Source of the DNA: Bacteroidales bacterium
GTDB lineage: Bacteria > Bacteroidota > Bacteroidia > Bacteroidales > P3
NCBI GenBank assembly: GCA_024681475.1
Contig: JAILAT010000051.1
Location: forward strand, 30,444-94,443
Direction of reading: 5' to 3'
Length of the DNA stretch: 64,000 nucleotides
Shown here: in pieces, positions 50,984 through 60,933 of the stretch
Layout of the letters: the number at the start of each line of letters is the position of its first letter
Position numbering within the stretch: position 1 is the first letter of the stretch
Program-made: the position numbers and the translations under genes
Notes under the pieces: generated by a model
What the model was told of the DNA's origin: nothing
Databases searched by the model: none
The model's input: the letters and a program-made list of their open reading frames with translations, nothing else

Positions 50984-52681
50984 ATGGAAGAAACTAACGA
51001 GAGACAACTGAATTTCCTGGAGGAGATTATCGAGGCCGGACTGGCCGACGGCACCTATCAGAGCATCCTGACGCGCTTTCCGCCGGAGCCTAACGGCTAT
51101 CTGCACATCGGTCACGCCAAATCTATCTGCCTCAACTTTGGCCTCGCCAAGAAATATGGCGGCAAGACCAACCTTCGCTTCGACGACACCAACCCCGTCA
51201 AGGAGGATACCGAGTATGTCGACAGCATTCAGAACGACATCCGTTGGCTGGGCTTCCAGTGGGCTTCCATTCACTACGCTTCCGACTATTTCGACCAACT
51301 CTATGAGTGGGCTTGCGAATTGATAAAGAAAGGCTTGGCATACGTTGACGACCAGAGCCTGGAGGAGATACGCCAAAACCGTGGCACCGTGACGGTGCCG
51401 GGCAAGGACAGCCCTTGGCGCAACCGCTCGGTGGAGGAAAATCTCGACCTTTTCGCCCGCATGAAGGCTGGCGAGTTTGAGGACGGCAGCCGTGTGCTGC
51501 GCGCCAAAATCGACATGGCGCACCCCAATATGCAGTTCCGCGACCCCATCATGTACCGCATCCTCCATGCCCACCATCACCGCACTGGCGACAAATGGTG
51601 CATCTACCCCATGTACGACTATGCCCATGGCCAGAGCGACAGCTTGGAGCACATCACACACTCCATCTGCACGCTGGAGTTCGACATCCATCGTCCGCTT
51701 TACGACTGGTTTATCGCCCAACTGGGCATCTTCCCGTCGCACCAGTATGAGTTTGCCCGCTTGAACATAGACTATACCGTCATGTCGAAACGCAAACTTC
51801 TGCAGCTCGTCAAAGAAGGCTACGTCAACGGCTGGGACGACCCGCGTATGCCTACCATCTGCGGCTTCCGCCGCCGCGGCTACACACCCGAGAGCATCCG
51901 CAGCTTCTGCGACCGCATCGGCGTGGCCAAGCGCGACAACATCATCAGCTACTCGCTGTTGGAGTTCTCACTGCGCGAGCATCTCAACAAGGTTGCGCAG
52001 CGCCGTATGGCGGTGCTCGACCCCATCAAGGTGGTCATCGACAACTATCCCGAAGGGCAGACCGAGTTGCTGTCGGCCATCAACAATCCTGAGAACGAGG
52101 CCGACGGCACACGCCAGGTGCCTTTCTCGAGAGAGCTTTACATTGAGCGCGAGGATTTCATGGAGAATCCTCCGAAGAAATATTTCCGTCTCTCGCCGGG
52201 CACCGAGGTGCGTCTGCGCTACGCCTACTTCGTCACCTGTACCGGTGTGGAGAAAGATGCCGAGGGCAATGTCACCGTGGTGCACTGCACCTACGACTCC
52301 GCCACGCGCGGCGGCGACGCTCCTGACGGCCGCAAAGTGAAGGGCACCATACACTGGGTGTCGGCACAGCATGCCGTCGACGCCGAGGTGCGTCTCTTCG
52401 ACCGCCTCTTCGCTGCCGAGGCTCCCGACGATGTCCCCGAGGGCAAAACATTCCTCGACAACCTGAACCCCGAATCGCTCAAGGTGTTGAAGAACTGCAA
52501 GCTGGAGCCCGTTGTTGCCGACGATGTGAAGAACCCCGTGGAGGAAAACGGCGTAGCAGCCCCCCACCGCTTCCAGTTCGAGCGTCTGGGCTACTTCTGC
52601 ACCGACCCCGACAGCACGGCGGAGCATCTGGTGTTCAACCGCAGCTGCACGCTGAAAGACAGCTGGGCAAAAATGAAATGA
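50984..52681 (+). CDS. glnS: glutamine--tRNA ligase
   Basis: Class I motifs HIGHAKSI and VMSKRKL. The N-terminus is NFLEEIIE...[12 protein letters not shown]. Confidence 0.95.
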   Translation: MEETNERQLNFLEEIIEAGLADGTYQSILTRFPPEPNGYLHIGHAKSICLNFGLAKKYGGKTNLRFDDTNPVKEDTEYVDSIQNDIRWLGFQWASIHYASDYFDQLYEWACELIKKGLAYVDDQSLEEIRQNRGTVTVPGKDSPWRNRSVEENLDLFARMKAGEFEDGSRVLRAKIDMAHPNMQFRDPIMYRILHAHHHRTGDKWCIYPMYDYAHGQSDSLEHITHSICTLEFDIHRPLYDWFIAQLGIFPSHQYEFARLNIDYTVMSKRKLLQLVKEGYVNGWDDPRMPTICGFRRRGYTPESIRSFCDRIGVAKRDNIISYSLLEFSLREHLNKVAQRRMAVLDPIKVVIDNYPEGQTELLSAINNPENEADGTRQVPFSRELYIEREDFMENPPKKYFRLSPGTEVRLRYAYFVTCTGVEKDAEGNVTVVHCTYDSATRGGDAPDGRKVKGTIHWVSAQHAVDAEVRLFDRLFAAEAPDDVPEGKTFLDNLNPESLKVLKNCKLEPVVADDVKNPVEENGVAAPHRFQFERLGYFCTDPDSTAEHLVFNRSCTLKDSWAKMK

Positions 52682-52760
52682 GGCAAATAGAACCAGTGGA
52701 CAGCGGCATGTGCGATAGCCAATCATAGTCTGCCTGCCACAATAAACAAACAATACCATC

Positions 52761-54422
52761 ATGACAAAGACACATCACAACATCAGCCTCTATTTCATCG
52801 TCGTCGGACTGTTCCTGCTCCTCATTTCGGGCACATTCCTCTCCGAAGGCATGGCACATATTGGCCTCGACAACGCTGTTATTGCCAAAAAGATGGCTTC
52901 GGGCTTCGAAGGTTTCTGGCTCCCGAAGATCAACAGTCAGGCATCCGACCCGAGCGGCTATCTGCCACTGGGCTATTGGCTTCAAAGCCAGTGGTTCCAT
53001 CTTGTAGGCGACGGCTCCTATCTGGCAGAGAAGTTCTATTCTGTGCTCGTCTTCTTTTTGATGGGTATGCTTGTGGTGTGGATATGGAAGCTGCTGGGAG
53101 CACCCAAGGGTTCAGGCTGGACGCCGCTCTTCTGCCTCATCATGATTCCGCTTGTTACTTGGAGTGCCACGAGCAACCTTTTGGAGGGCACCATGACTCT
53201 CTTTGTGGAATTGGCTGTCGTGTTCATTCTGCTGGGCCGCAATGCGGCGACACGTGCTGTGGCACGCCATGTGAAACGTGGCGGCAGCGCCAAACGTAAT
53301 GCTGTCCATGTGATATTTACAGCCTATCCGCCTATCAGAATCGTTTGCGCGGTGCTGGCGGCGTTGATGCTTGAGATGGCCTTCATGGTGAAGGGCGTGA
53401 TGGGCATTTTCCCTATCATCTTTCCTCTGATCTATTGGCTGTTCACAAGACGTGAACGACTGTTGTGCCCGCTCTTCAGCGTGGGCGTGATGGTCGGCAC
53501 CTGGATTTTGTCCCTTTTTGCCGTCATGCTCTTCTCGCCGACGGTCTATTTCCATCTTTACAACTATTTGCATCATCAGCTTATCGGCGGCGTGCTGCAT
53601 GTGCAGACGGTGGCGTCGCACCTCTACATCCTTTATGTGCTGGTGGTGCAGCTGGCAATACCCTTGTCGGTGATGATCGTGCTGGCTTTGATTCGTGCCC
53701 GCAAGATGCCGTTGAGCAGTGTCCTATTCTATGGCAAGTTGCGGACAAAACGCAAGGTGAATCTCACGGCAGAGCAGATAAACCTAAGCCGCATGGGTTG
53801 GGTGTTCTTCACCACTGGCATGGTCGGCGTGCTGCCCATCATGCTGGGACTCAAGCAGCAGGATTTCTATATCGTGCCTACGCTGCCGTTCTTTGCCATC
53901 TCGCTGGGTTGCTTTTTCTACAACCTTTTGGAGGAATGGCTTGAGCATACCGGCAAATTGGCGGGACGCCTGCTGGCGGCTTTCGCGGTAATCTTCTTCT
54001 TGTCGGGCCTGATGCTCAATCTCAATGGCATTCATAAGATCAGCTCCAATGCCGATCTGTTGCACGACATGAAACTCATACTGCCCATGCTCGACAAGGG
54101 CGAGACTATCTCGGTGAGCAACGAACTGTTGCAAGACCCTGAGGTGGGCGAATATTTCTACCGCTACAAGGACATCAACTTCACTGTCGACCCCTGCGAT
54201 TCGGGCCATTGTGACCATCCCGACCACTGGCAGCGCTACCTATTGATGGAATATAGCGAACTGAAGAACTTGCCTGAGGGCATCTGCTATCGTTCCACAG
54301 AACTGTCGACGCGGTGCTATTTCCTTTACGAACGCATCGATTGTCCGCATGAGACAGTCCTGGAGGATGAACTGTTGGAACAGCCCATGAACGAAAATGA
54401 CGATGAAACAGAGACTTTATAA
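52761..54422 (+). CDS. GT39/ArnT-like polytopic membrane glycosyltransferase-family protein
   Basis: About 12 TM helices and an N-terminal periplasmic loop with Asp/Glu as in GT-C enzymes. It has a Cys/His-rich acidic C-terminal tail. Confidence 0.65.
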   Translation: MTKTHHNISLYFIVVGLFLLLISGTFLSEGMAHIGLDNAVIAKKMASGFEGFWLPKINSQASDPSGYLPLGYWLQSQWFHLVGDGSYLAEKFYSVLVFFLMGMLVVWIWKLLGAPKGSGWTPLFCLIMIPLVTWSATSNLLEGTMTLFVELAVVFILLGRNAATRAVARHVKRGGSAKRNAVHVIFTAYPPIRIVCAVLAALMLEMAFMVKGVMGIFPIIFPLIYWLFTRRERLLCPLFSVGVMVGTWILSLFAVMLFSPTVYFHLYNYLHHQLIGGVLHVQTVASHLYILYVLVVQLAIPLSVMIVLALIRARKMPLSSVLFYGKLRTKRKVNLTAEQINLSRMGWVFFTTGMVGVLPIMLGLKQQDFYIVPTLPFFAISLGCFFYNLLEEWLEHTGKLAGRLLAAFAVIFFLSGLMLNLNGIHKISSNADLLHDMKLILPMLDKGETISVSNELLQDPEVGEYFYRYKDINFTVDPCDSGHCDHPDHWQRYLLMEYSELKNLPEGICYRSTELSTRCYFLYERIDCPHETVLEDELLEQPMNENDDETETL

Positions 54423-54879
54423 TATTGCACTCATACTTGTCGGCGCACTGGCACTGACGGCCTGCTCGGGTTACGAGGTGGGCGACTGGTACAACCACAA
54501 AGGCATCAAAGGTGTGGTGCTCATGGTGGACGATGAGGGCCAGCCCACGCTGCTGGTGTCTACCGGCGAGGCCGTAGACCTGACGGCCGACTCCGCACTG
54601 CTGTGGGCCGCACAGCTGGATGCCGCCACGGAGGCCCAGGTGAGCCTCCCCAGCAAGGAGGAGATGGAATGGCTGCACAGCTACAGCGCGGTGGTCAACA
54701 AGACTTTGCGTGCCAAAGGCAAGTCTACATTGCTGGAGGGCAACACTTTCTATTGGACCTCCACGCCATGTTCCGAGTCACACTACTATGCCCACGGCCC
54801 CGACGGCGTGCGCTGCTACTATCGTGGCAACCAGTCGTCGTGCTACCGTGCGTGCGCACTGATACATTTGGATAAATAA
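54397..54879 (+). CDS. small lipoprotein (DUF1566-like?)
   Basis: Lipobox ALALTACSG and a FYWTSTP motif. It overlaps the upstream gene by 26 nt (20 nt if the start is 54403). Confidence 0.5.
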   Translation: MTMKQRLYNIALILVGALALTACSGYEVGDWYNHKGIKGVVLMVDDEGQPTLLVSTGEAVDLTADSALLWAAQLDAATEAQVSLPSKEEMEWLHSYSAVVNKTLRAKGKSTLLEGNTFYWTSTPCSESHYYAHGPDGVRCYYRGNQSSCYRACALIHLDK

Positions 54880-54906
54880 ACTTCATGTTTTCAATAACAT
54901 ATTACG

Positions 54907-57402
54907 ATGAAAATATCATATAACTGGTTAAAAGACTATGTAAACACCACCCTCAGCCCCCACGAGTTGGACGATTTGCTGACATTCTCGGGCCTCGAGA
55001 TTGAAGGCGTCGAGAAGGTGGAAACTATCAAAGGCGGACTGGAACATGTGGTCATCGCCGAGGTGCTGACCTGTGAGCCGCACCCCGATTCGGATCATCT
55101 GCACTTGACGACCGTCAACGTCGGTGCCGCTGAACCGCTGCACATTGTGTGTGGAGCCCCCAATGTGGCTGCCGGACAGAAGGTTGTCTGCGCCATGATA
55201 GGCACTAAGATATATACCTCCGACACGGAGTTCTACGAGATTAAGAAAGGCAAGCTCCGCGGCGCCGTCAGCGAGGGTATGCTTTGCGCTGCCGACGAGC
55301 TTCAGCTGGGCAACAGCCACGACGGCATCATGGTGCTGCCCGACGATGCGCCTGTGGGAATGCCTGCCCGCGACTATTTCAACGTGAAAGACGACTACAC
55401 CCTCGAGGTGGCTATTACAGCCAACCGCTCCGACGCCACGTCGCACATCGGTGTGGCGCGCGATGTGGTGGCCGTGCTCAACACACGCAACGATGCACAT
55501 CTCGCCATCCAGTGGCCTGATGTGGACACTACGCTGACTGTCAATCAGAAAGACCCGGCAGCCTCCAACGCCATCAAGGTGACAGTAGAAGAACCCGAGC
55601 TCTGTCCCCGTTACACGGGCCTGACCATCCGCAACGTGAAAGTGCAGGAGTCGCCCGACTGGCTGAAGGACAAACTGCGCACTGTGGGTCTCCGGCCTAT
55701 CAATAACATCGTGGATATCACCAACTTCGTGCTGATGGAGGTGGGCCAGCCGCTCCATGCTTTCGATGCCGACTGCATTGACGGCGGAGAGGTGGTGGTG
55801 CGCCGCCAGCCGGCAGGGACACCGTTTGTGACCCTCGACGGTGTGGAGCGCATACTCGACGCGCGTGACCTGATGATTTGCAACCCGCGTGAGCCTATGT
55901 GCATCGCCGGTGTCTTCGGCGGCCAAAAGTCGGGTGTGACGATGCAGACTACCAATGTCTTCCTCGAGAGCGCCTATTTCAACCCCGTCTCCATCCGCAA
56001 GACCTCCAAGCGTCACGGCTTGAAGACCGATGCCTCGTTCCGCTACGAGCGTGGCTGCGACCCCAACATCACCGAATGGGCCATCCGTCGTGCCGCCCTG
56101 CTTATCCAGCAGCTGGCCGGTGGCGAGGTGTGTGGCGACATTGTCGACCTCTATCCCAAGACCATCGAACGTGCCGAGGTGGCCATCAATTACCACCGCA
56201 TTTTCAGTCTGATGGGCAAAGAGATACCGCTGCCCTTGGTGCGCACGGCACTGCGGTCGCTCGACATTGAGATTGTCAGCGAGGATGCAGAAGGTATGCT
56301 GCTGCGCATTCCCACCTGCAAGGTGGACGTGTATCGCGAATGCGATGTGGTGGAGGAGATTATGCGCATCTATGGATACAACAACATCGAGTTCGACGAG
56401 CGTCTGAACACTTGCCTGGCCTACGGCGTGAAGCCCAATCCGCAGAAAATCAAAAATATCGCTTCCGACTATCTGACCAACAACGGATTCAACGAGATCA
56501 TGAACAACTCGCTGACCAAGAGCAGCTATTACGACGGCAACGCCGATTTCCCGGCCGACCGTTGTGTGCAGATACTCAACCCCTTGTCGAAAGAGCTCAA
56601 CGTGATGCGCCAGACGCTGCTCTATAGCGGTCTGGAGTGCGTGGTCTACAACATGAACCACAAGATTTTCAGCCAGAAACTCTACGAATTCGGTCGTGGC
56701 TATGTGCGCAACGCCGTTGAGGACGCCGACGAGGCTTCGCTGTCGGTCACCAAGAAATACACCGAGACGCAGCATCTGTCCTTCTTCATGACGGGCAATT
56801 TGCATGGCGAAAGCTGGAAAATCAAGGCTGAGGCCGTCGATTTCTACGATCTGAAGGTGCATGTCGTCAACATCTTGCGCCGCTTCCGCATCCCCATGGG
56901 CCGTCTGCAGGTGGTGCCTTCCACGGTGAGCTACCTCTCCGAAGGCCTCTGCTATCAGTTCCGCGACAGCCACAAGCCGCTGGCGGTGCTGGGACGCGTG
57001 GCACGGCCCACATTGCAGACCATGGACTGCAAACAGGAGGTGTTCTACGCCGATATCGACTGGGATCTGCTGCTCAAGTCGCTGCCTTCCAAGGAGGTGA
57101 CCTTCACCGAGATACCCAAGTTCCCCGAGGTGCGTCGCGACTTGGCCCTGGTGGTCGAGAAGTCGGTCACTTTCGCGCAGATCGAGGAGGTGGCACGCAA
57201 CACGGAGAAGAAACTGCTGAAAGAGGTGTCGCTGTTCGACGTCTATATGGGCAAGGGCATCGCCGAGGGCTACAAGTCCTACGCGGTGAGCTTTATCCTG
57301 CAAGACAAGGACAAGACACTGAACGACAAACAGATTGACACCGTGATGTCAAAGTTGCAGAAGAACCTGCAGGCTCAGTTGAACGCCACAATAAGAGGAT
57401 GA
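54907..57402 (+). CDS. pheT: phenylalanine--tRNA ligase beta subunit
   Basis: 831 aa with N-terminus MKISYNWLKDYV, a tRNA-binding domain, B3/B4 and B5 domains and a C-terminal FDX-ACB domain. Confidence 0.95.
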   Translation: MKISYNWLKDYVNTTLSPHELDDLLTFSGLEIEGVEKVETIKGGLEHVVIAEVLTCEPHPDSDHLHLTTVNVGAAEPLHIVCGAPNVAAGQKVVCAMIGTKIYTSDTEFYEIKKGKLRGAVSEGMLCAADELQLGNSHDGIMVLPDDAPVGMPARDYFNVKDDYTLEVAITANRSDATSHIGVARDVVAVLNTRNDAHLAIQWPDVDTTLTVNQKDPAASNAIKVTVEEPELCPRYTGLTIRNVKVQESPDWLKDKLRTVGLRPINNIVDITNFVLMEVGQPLHAFDADCIDGGEVVVRRQPAGTPFVTLDGVERILDARDLMICNPREPMCIAGVFGGQKSGVTMQTTNVFLESAYFNPVSIRKTSKRHGLKTDASFRYERGCDPNITEWAIRRAALLIQQLAGGEVCGDIVDLYPKTIERAEVAINYHRIFSLMGKEIPLPLVRTALRSLDIEIVSEDAEGMLLRIPTCKVDVYRECDVVEEIMRIYGYNNIEFDERLNTCLAYGVKPNPQKIKNIASDYLTNNGFNEIMNNSLTKSSYYDGNADFPADRCVQILNPLSKELNVMRQTLLYSGLECVVYNMNHKIFSQKLYEFGRGYVRNAVEDADEASLSVTKKYTETQHLSFFMTGNLHGESWKIKAEAVDFYDLKVHVVNILRRFRIPMGRLQVVPSTVSYLSEGLCYQFRDSHKPLAVLGRVARPTLQTMDCKQEVFYADIDWDLLLKSLPSKEVTFTEIPKFPEVRRDLALVVEKSVTFAQIEEVARNTEKKLLKEVSLFDVYMGKGIAEGYKSYAVSFILQDKDKTLNDKQIDTVMSKLQKNLQAQLNATIRG

Positions 57403-57405
57403 AGC

Positions 57406-57831
57406 ATGACGACGACGATGGGTCTGGAACACTATGATGTGAAGATACTTCTTGCGCTGAACCAGTGCATTGCTGGCCGCAAGGACTTCTTCCGCTGGCT
57501 GCTCGACAACGGCTATCCCGAGTTGGCGGCGTTCTCCAACGCCATCCGCGGCGATGTCGCCGCTATGGAATGGCTGGCGAAGAACGGCTACCGCTGGCTG
57601 GCCATCATGAGCAACGCCATCGACGGTGACGATCCGTCACGTGTGTGGATAGGCAAGTCGATGCACGAATGCAACTTGCGTTTTGCACTGGCCTGTCGTG
57701 AGGACCTCGACTCCATCCGCTGGTTGATGAAGCACGACCTGCAGATATTCCTGATGATGGCCAAAGAGGTGAAAACGGTGCTCGAAGTGCAGGCGCTGGA
57801 GAATACGGGCCCCTATGTGATGCACTTCTAA
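57406..57831 (+). CDS. hypothetical protein with three ~24-aa internal repeats
   Basis: The repeats are FFRWLLDNGYPELAAFSNAIRGD, AMEWLAKNGYRWLAIMSNAIDGD and SIRWLMKHDLQIFLMMAKEV. It starts 3 nt after the pheT stop. Confidence 0.55.
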   Translation: MTTTMGLEHYDVKILLALNQCIAGRKDFFRWLLDNGYPELAAFSNAIRGDVAAMEWLAKNGYRWLAIMSNAIDGDDPSRVWIGKSMHECNLRFALACREDLDSIRWLMKHDLQIFLMMAKEVKTVLEVQALENTGPYVMHF

Positions 57832-57836
57832 TACAA

Positions 57837-58940
57837 ATGGTTAAGAACAAAGAGAGAACAATGGACAATAAAGAGAAGAACACACCGCGCAACAATGGCA
57901 AAGCGGGAAACACACGCGGCGAAGGCCGCACCCAGCGGCCTCAGGCCGCTGGCGGCAAACGCCGTAGCTATGGCAAAGACGACGGCGAGGGCAACCAGCA
58001 GCGCAGCTACCAGTCGCGGAAAAGCAATAACGCCAGCAAGTTGGGTGGCGGCTACCGCCGCCGCAACAAGTCCAACAAGTATGGCGACAACGACTATATG
58101 CTCGACGACCAGGAGGAGCGCAAGCCTTTCAAGAGCTACCCTAAACAGCAGTCCAAAGGCCGTGGAGCCTCGCGAAGCCAGTCGGGTAGGAGCGAAGGCG
58201 CCGCGCCGCGCAGGCCTATGCGCCAGAGCGACGACAACTTGGTGCGTCTCAACAAATACATCGCCAATGCTGGCATCTGCTCGCGCCGCGACGCCGACAA
58301 GCTGATAGAGGCTGGCGCTGTGAGTGTCAACGGCGAGGTGGTCACCACGATGGGCTACAAGGTGAAGCCTGGCGACGTGGTCTCCTATGGCGGCGAGGTG
58401 CTGCGCAGCGAAACCAAGCGCTACTTTCTGCTCAACAAGCCCAAAGGCTTCATTACCACGGTCGACGACCCCCACGAGCGCCACACGGTGATGATGCTGG
58501 TGGAGAACTGCTGCAAAGAACGCATCTACCCGGTGGGGCGCCTGGACCGCAATACCACAGGATTGCTGCTCTTTACCAACGATGGCGAGCTGGCCAAGAA
58601 GTTGACACACCCCTCTTCGCGTGTCTACAAAATATATCAGGTGGAGCTCGACAAGCCTGTGGTGCATTCCGATATGCGCCAGATGCTGGAAGGCGTGGAA
58701 CTTGAGGATGGCCGCATTGCCGTCGACGATGTGCAGTATCAAGGCGACGACCGCCGTGTGGTGGGCGTGGCGCTGCATTCCGGCAAGAACCGCATCGTGC
58801 GCCGTATCTTCGAAAGCCTTGGCTACGAAGTCCTTAAGCTTGACCGCACAGTCTTCGCAGGCCTCACCAAGAAAGACCTCCCCCGTGGCCATGTCCGCGA
58901 GCTGACGAGCCAGGAGGTGGGCTATCTGAAGATGATATAG
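57837..58940 (+). CDS. rluB: RsuA/RluB-family pseudouridine synthase with long basic N-terminal extension
   Basis: S4 domain (VRLNKYIANAGICSRRDADKLI) and catalytic GRLDRNTTGLLL. It is preceded by a ~125-aa Arg/Lys/Gly-rich region. Confidence 0.85.
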   Translation: MVKNKERTMDNKEKNTPRNNGKAGNTRGEGRTQRPQAAGGKRRSYGKDDGEGNQQRSYQSRKSNNASKLGGGYRRRNKSNKYGDNDYMLDDQEERKPFKSYPKQQSKGRGASRSQSGRSEGAAPRRPMRQSDDNLVRLNKYIANAGICSRRDADKLIEAGAVSVNGEVVTTMGYKVKPGDVVSYGGEVLRSETKRYFLLNKPKGFITTVDDPHERHTVMMLVENCCKERIYPVGRLDRNTTGLLLFTNDGELAKKLTHPSSRVYKIYQVELDKPVVHSDMRQMLEGVELEDGRIAVDDVQYQGDDRRVVGVALHSGKNRIVRRIFESLGYEVLKLDRTVFAGLTKKDLPRGHVRELTSQEVGYLKMI

Positions 58941-58996
58941 GTATCTATGTTTCTAGTTTTCTCAATAGTGATAACACCAACAAGGAAACCCTTTGA

Positions 58997-59800
58997 ATGA
59001 TGAATAAACACATTGCGCTAGTCAAACTGTTGCTGCTCACGATACTCTGGATGGGCTTTTCGGCCTCGTCGTGCGGCGGTCCGCGCGAATTGCGCCCCGA
59101 AGACTCGTCGAGCGTAGTACAACATCTGGAGTATCCAGCTATCTCGACCAGCGAGGATATCTATGAATATCTGGGCTTTACCTCCAGCTACAACCACACT
59201 ACGCTGGTGCCCGACTGGGTGGCCTACGAGCTGACATCCGAAGAGCTGGAGGGCACCTACACGTCGACATCCAATTTCAGTCGCGACCCGCAAGTGCAAG
59301 GCCGCCAGGCTTCGCGCGAGGATTACTCGTGGTCGGGTTGGGACAAAGGCCACCTCTGCCCCAAGGCCGACTTGAAATGGAGCGAGAAGGCCTGGTGGGA
59401 GAGCCACTATTTCACCAATGTGTGCCCTCAGAACCACGACTTCAATGCAGGCCCATGGAACAAGTTGGAGAACAAGGTGCGCCATTGGGCGCAGCAGTAT
59501 GGCCAGGTCTATGTGGTCTGCGGCCCCATCTTCGACAGTTGCCAATATGGTACCATCGGCAATGCCATGGTCTCCATCCCCGACGCCTTCTTCAAGGCTT
59601 TGCTCATTCCGCAAGGCGACAGCTATCAGGCCATCGCTTTCATTATGGAAAACCATGAAGGCAGGCAGGATATCCGAGCGAGCGCCATGTCGGTCAATGA
59701 TTTGGAGACCAAGATTAACCGCGACCTGTTCCCCGCATTGGACGACAGTATTGAGGAATCCGTTGAGGAGACCGTCAGCTGGCGCTACTGGGGATTATAA
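58997..59800 (+). CDS. secreted DNA/RNA non-specific endonuclease
   Basis: Signal peptide or lipobox (FSASSCGG), a DKGHLCP active-site motif and a NVCPQNHDFN segment. Confidence 0.85.
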   Translation: MMNKHIALVKLLLLTILWMGFSASSCGGPRELRPEDSSSVVQHLEYPAISTSEDIYEYLGFTSSYNHTTLVPDWVAYELTSEELEGTYTSTSNFSRDPQVQGRQASREDYSWSGWDKGHLCPKADLKWSEKAWWESHYFTNVCPQNHDFNAGPWNKLENKVRHWAQQYGQVYVVCGPIFDSCQYGTIGNAMVSIPDAFFKALLIPQGDSYQAIAFIMENHEGRQDIRASAMSVNDLETKINRDLFPALDDSIEESVEETVSWRYWGL

Positions 59801-59835
59801 AAAAGAATAATAAATATAATAAATAAAAACTATCA

Positions 59836-60546
59836 ATGGGAAGAGCATTTGAATATCGCAAAGCACGAAAACTGAAACGCTGGGGTCACATGGCCCGCAC
59901 TTTTACAAAAATCGGAAAAGAGATAGAACTGGCCGTCCTTGCCGGTGGTCCCGATCCGTCGAGCAATCTGCGTCTGCGCCTGCTGATGCAGACTGCCAAG
60001 AGCGAGAGTATGCCCAAGGAAAACGTGGAACGCGCCATCAAGCGCGCCACCGAGAAGGATAAGTCGGCTTACAAAGAGGTGGTCTACGACGGCAAAGGCC
60101 CCCATGGCGTGGCCGTGGTGGTGGAGACTGCCACCGACAATCCCACGCGCACCGTGGCCAATGTGCGTGCCGCTTTCGTGCGTGGCAAGGGCGAGCTGGG
60201 CACTATGGGTATGAACGATTTCCTCTTCGAGCGCAAATGCAGCTTCGTGGTGGTCTGGAACGAGAACATCGACATGGACAGCCTGGAGCTGGAACTCATT
60301 GACTACGACATCGACGAGGTGTTCCGCGACGAAGACGAGATAATGATATACGCCGACTTCAAGAATTATGGTCCCATCTCCAAATATCTTGAGGACAACG
60401 GCTACGAAATCAAGTCGTTCAAGTTTGAGCGCATCCCCGTGACGCTGCGCGAGCTCACCCCCGAGCAGCAGGAAGATGTCGAAGCCCTCATCGAGCGTCT
60501 GGAGGCCGACGACGATGTGGTCAACGTCTTCACCAACATGGGTTGA
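59836..60546 (+). CDS. yebC: YebC/PmpR-family transcriptional regulator
   Basis: The MGRAFEYRKARKLKRWGHMARTFTKIGKEI N-terminus is diagnostic. Confidence 0.9.
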   Translation: MGRAFEYRKARKLKRWGHMARTFTKIGKEIELAVLAGGPDPSSNLRLRLLMQTAKSESMPKENVERAIKRATEKDKSAYKEVVYDGKGPHGVAVVVETATDNPTRTVANVRAAFVRGKGELGTMGMNDFLFERKCSFVVVWNENIDMDSLELELIDYDIDEVFRDEDEIMIYADFKNYGPISKYLEDNGYEIKSFKFERIPVTLRELTPEQQEDVEALIERLEADDDVVNVFTNMG

Positions 60547-60608
60547 GTTTAGTGGGGGCAAAAATGATATCATAGATTGTCCCCGAATTTGGTTGTTTTG
60601 ATATCATG

Positions 60609-60659
60609 ACAGGGCAAGAAATGCTGATTGTTGGCAGGTGTTGCCCTGTTTCTCTTTTT
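60609..60659 (+). terminator. putative terminator after yebC
   Basis: 9-bp stem (acagggcaa / ttgccctgt), 23-nt loop, then a T-rich tract (ttctcttttt). Confidence 0.5.
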
Positions 60660-60742
60660 CTGTATAGTCGTGATAATCTGTGAGTTGTGTATAAATAGCA
60701 ATTTTTTTTCAAAAAAAGTCAGTCCAATTGAAAAAAAGTGCG

Positions 60743-60750
60743 TATTTTTG
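60743..60750 (+). promoter_or_regulatory. -7 promoter box (TATTTTTG) for the tRNA
   Basis: TAnnTTTG match 41 nt upstream of the tRNA 5' end. Confidence 0.5.
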
Positions 60751-60790
60751 CACACGATTTCAGAGAAAGAAATCCACGAAAAAAACAACT

Positions 60791-60864
60791 GCCGCATTCG
60801 TCTAGTGGTCCAGGACATCTGCCTCTCACGCAGAAGATCATGAGTTCGACTCTCATATGCGGTA
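60791..60864 (+). tRNA. tRNA-Glu (anticodon CUC)
   Basis: Folded by hand. Acceptor stem gccgcat/atgcggt has a G1-U72 pair. The D-arm is gtct..ggac. The anticodon stem tctgc/gcaga carries loop cTCTCAc (CTC at 60825..60827). There is a 5-nt variable loop and a T-arm atgag-ttcgact-ctcat. CCA is not encoded. Confidence 0.9.
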
Positions 60865-60867
60865 CAA

Positions 60868-60906
60868 AAAGCGACAAAATCATTGATTTTGCCGCTTTAT
60901 TCTTTT
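60868..60906. terminator. bidirectional terminator between the tRNA and the convergent caspase gene
   Basis: 14-bp stem with one mismatch (aaagcgacaaaatc / gattttgccgcttt) and a 3-nt loop. An A-run precedes it and a T-rich tract follows. Confidence 0.55.
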
Positions 60907-60933
60907 GCGGGATGTCCGTTATTGTGGAATGAT

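Noticed and set aside
54928-57303. 791-aa ORF on the minus strand, antisense to pheT. Similar long antisense ORFs occur at 3212..4681, 5903..7504, 10394..11545, 36906..38468, 41819..43033, 57828..58892 and 60883..62148.
   Set aside because: Each lies exactly opposite a gene with unmistakable conserved motifs. Their translations are low-complexity (rich in H, V, G, A, D, L, R) with no recognisable motifs, signal peptides or promoter boxes. This is the usual stop-codon-poor antisense frame of GC-rich-third-position genes.
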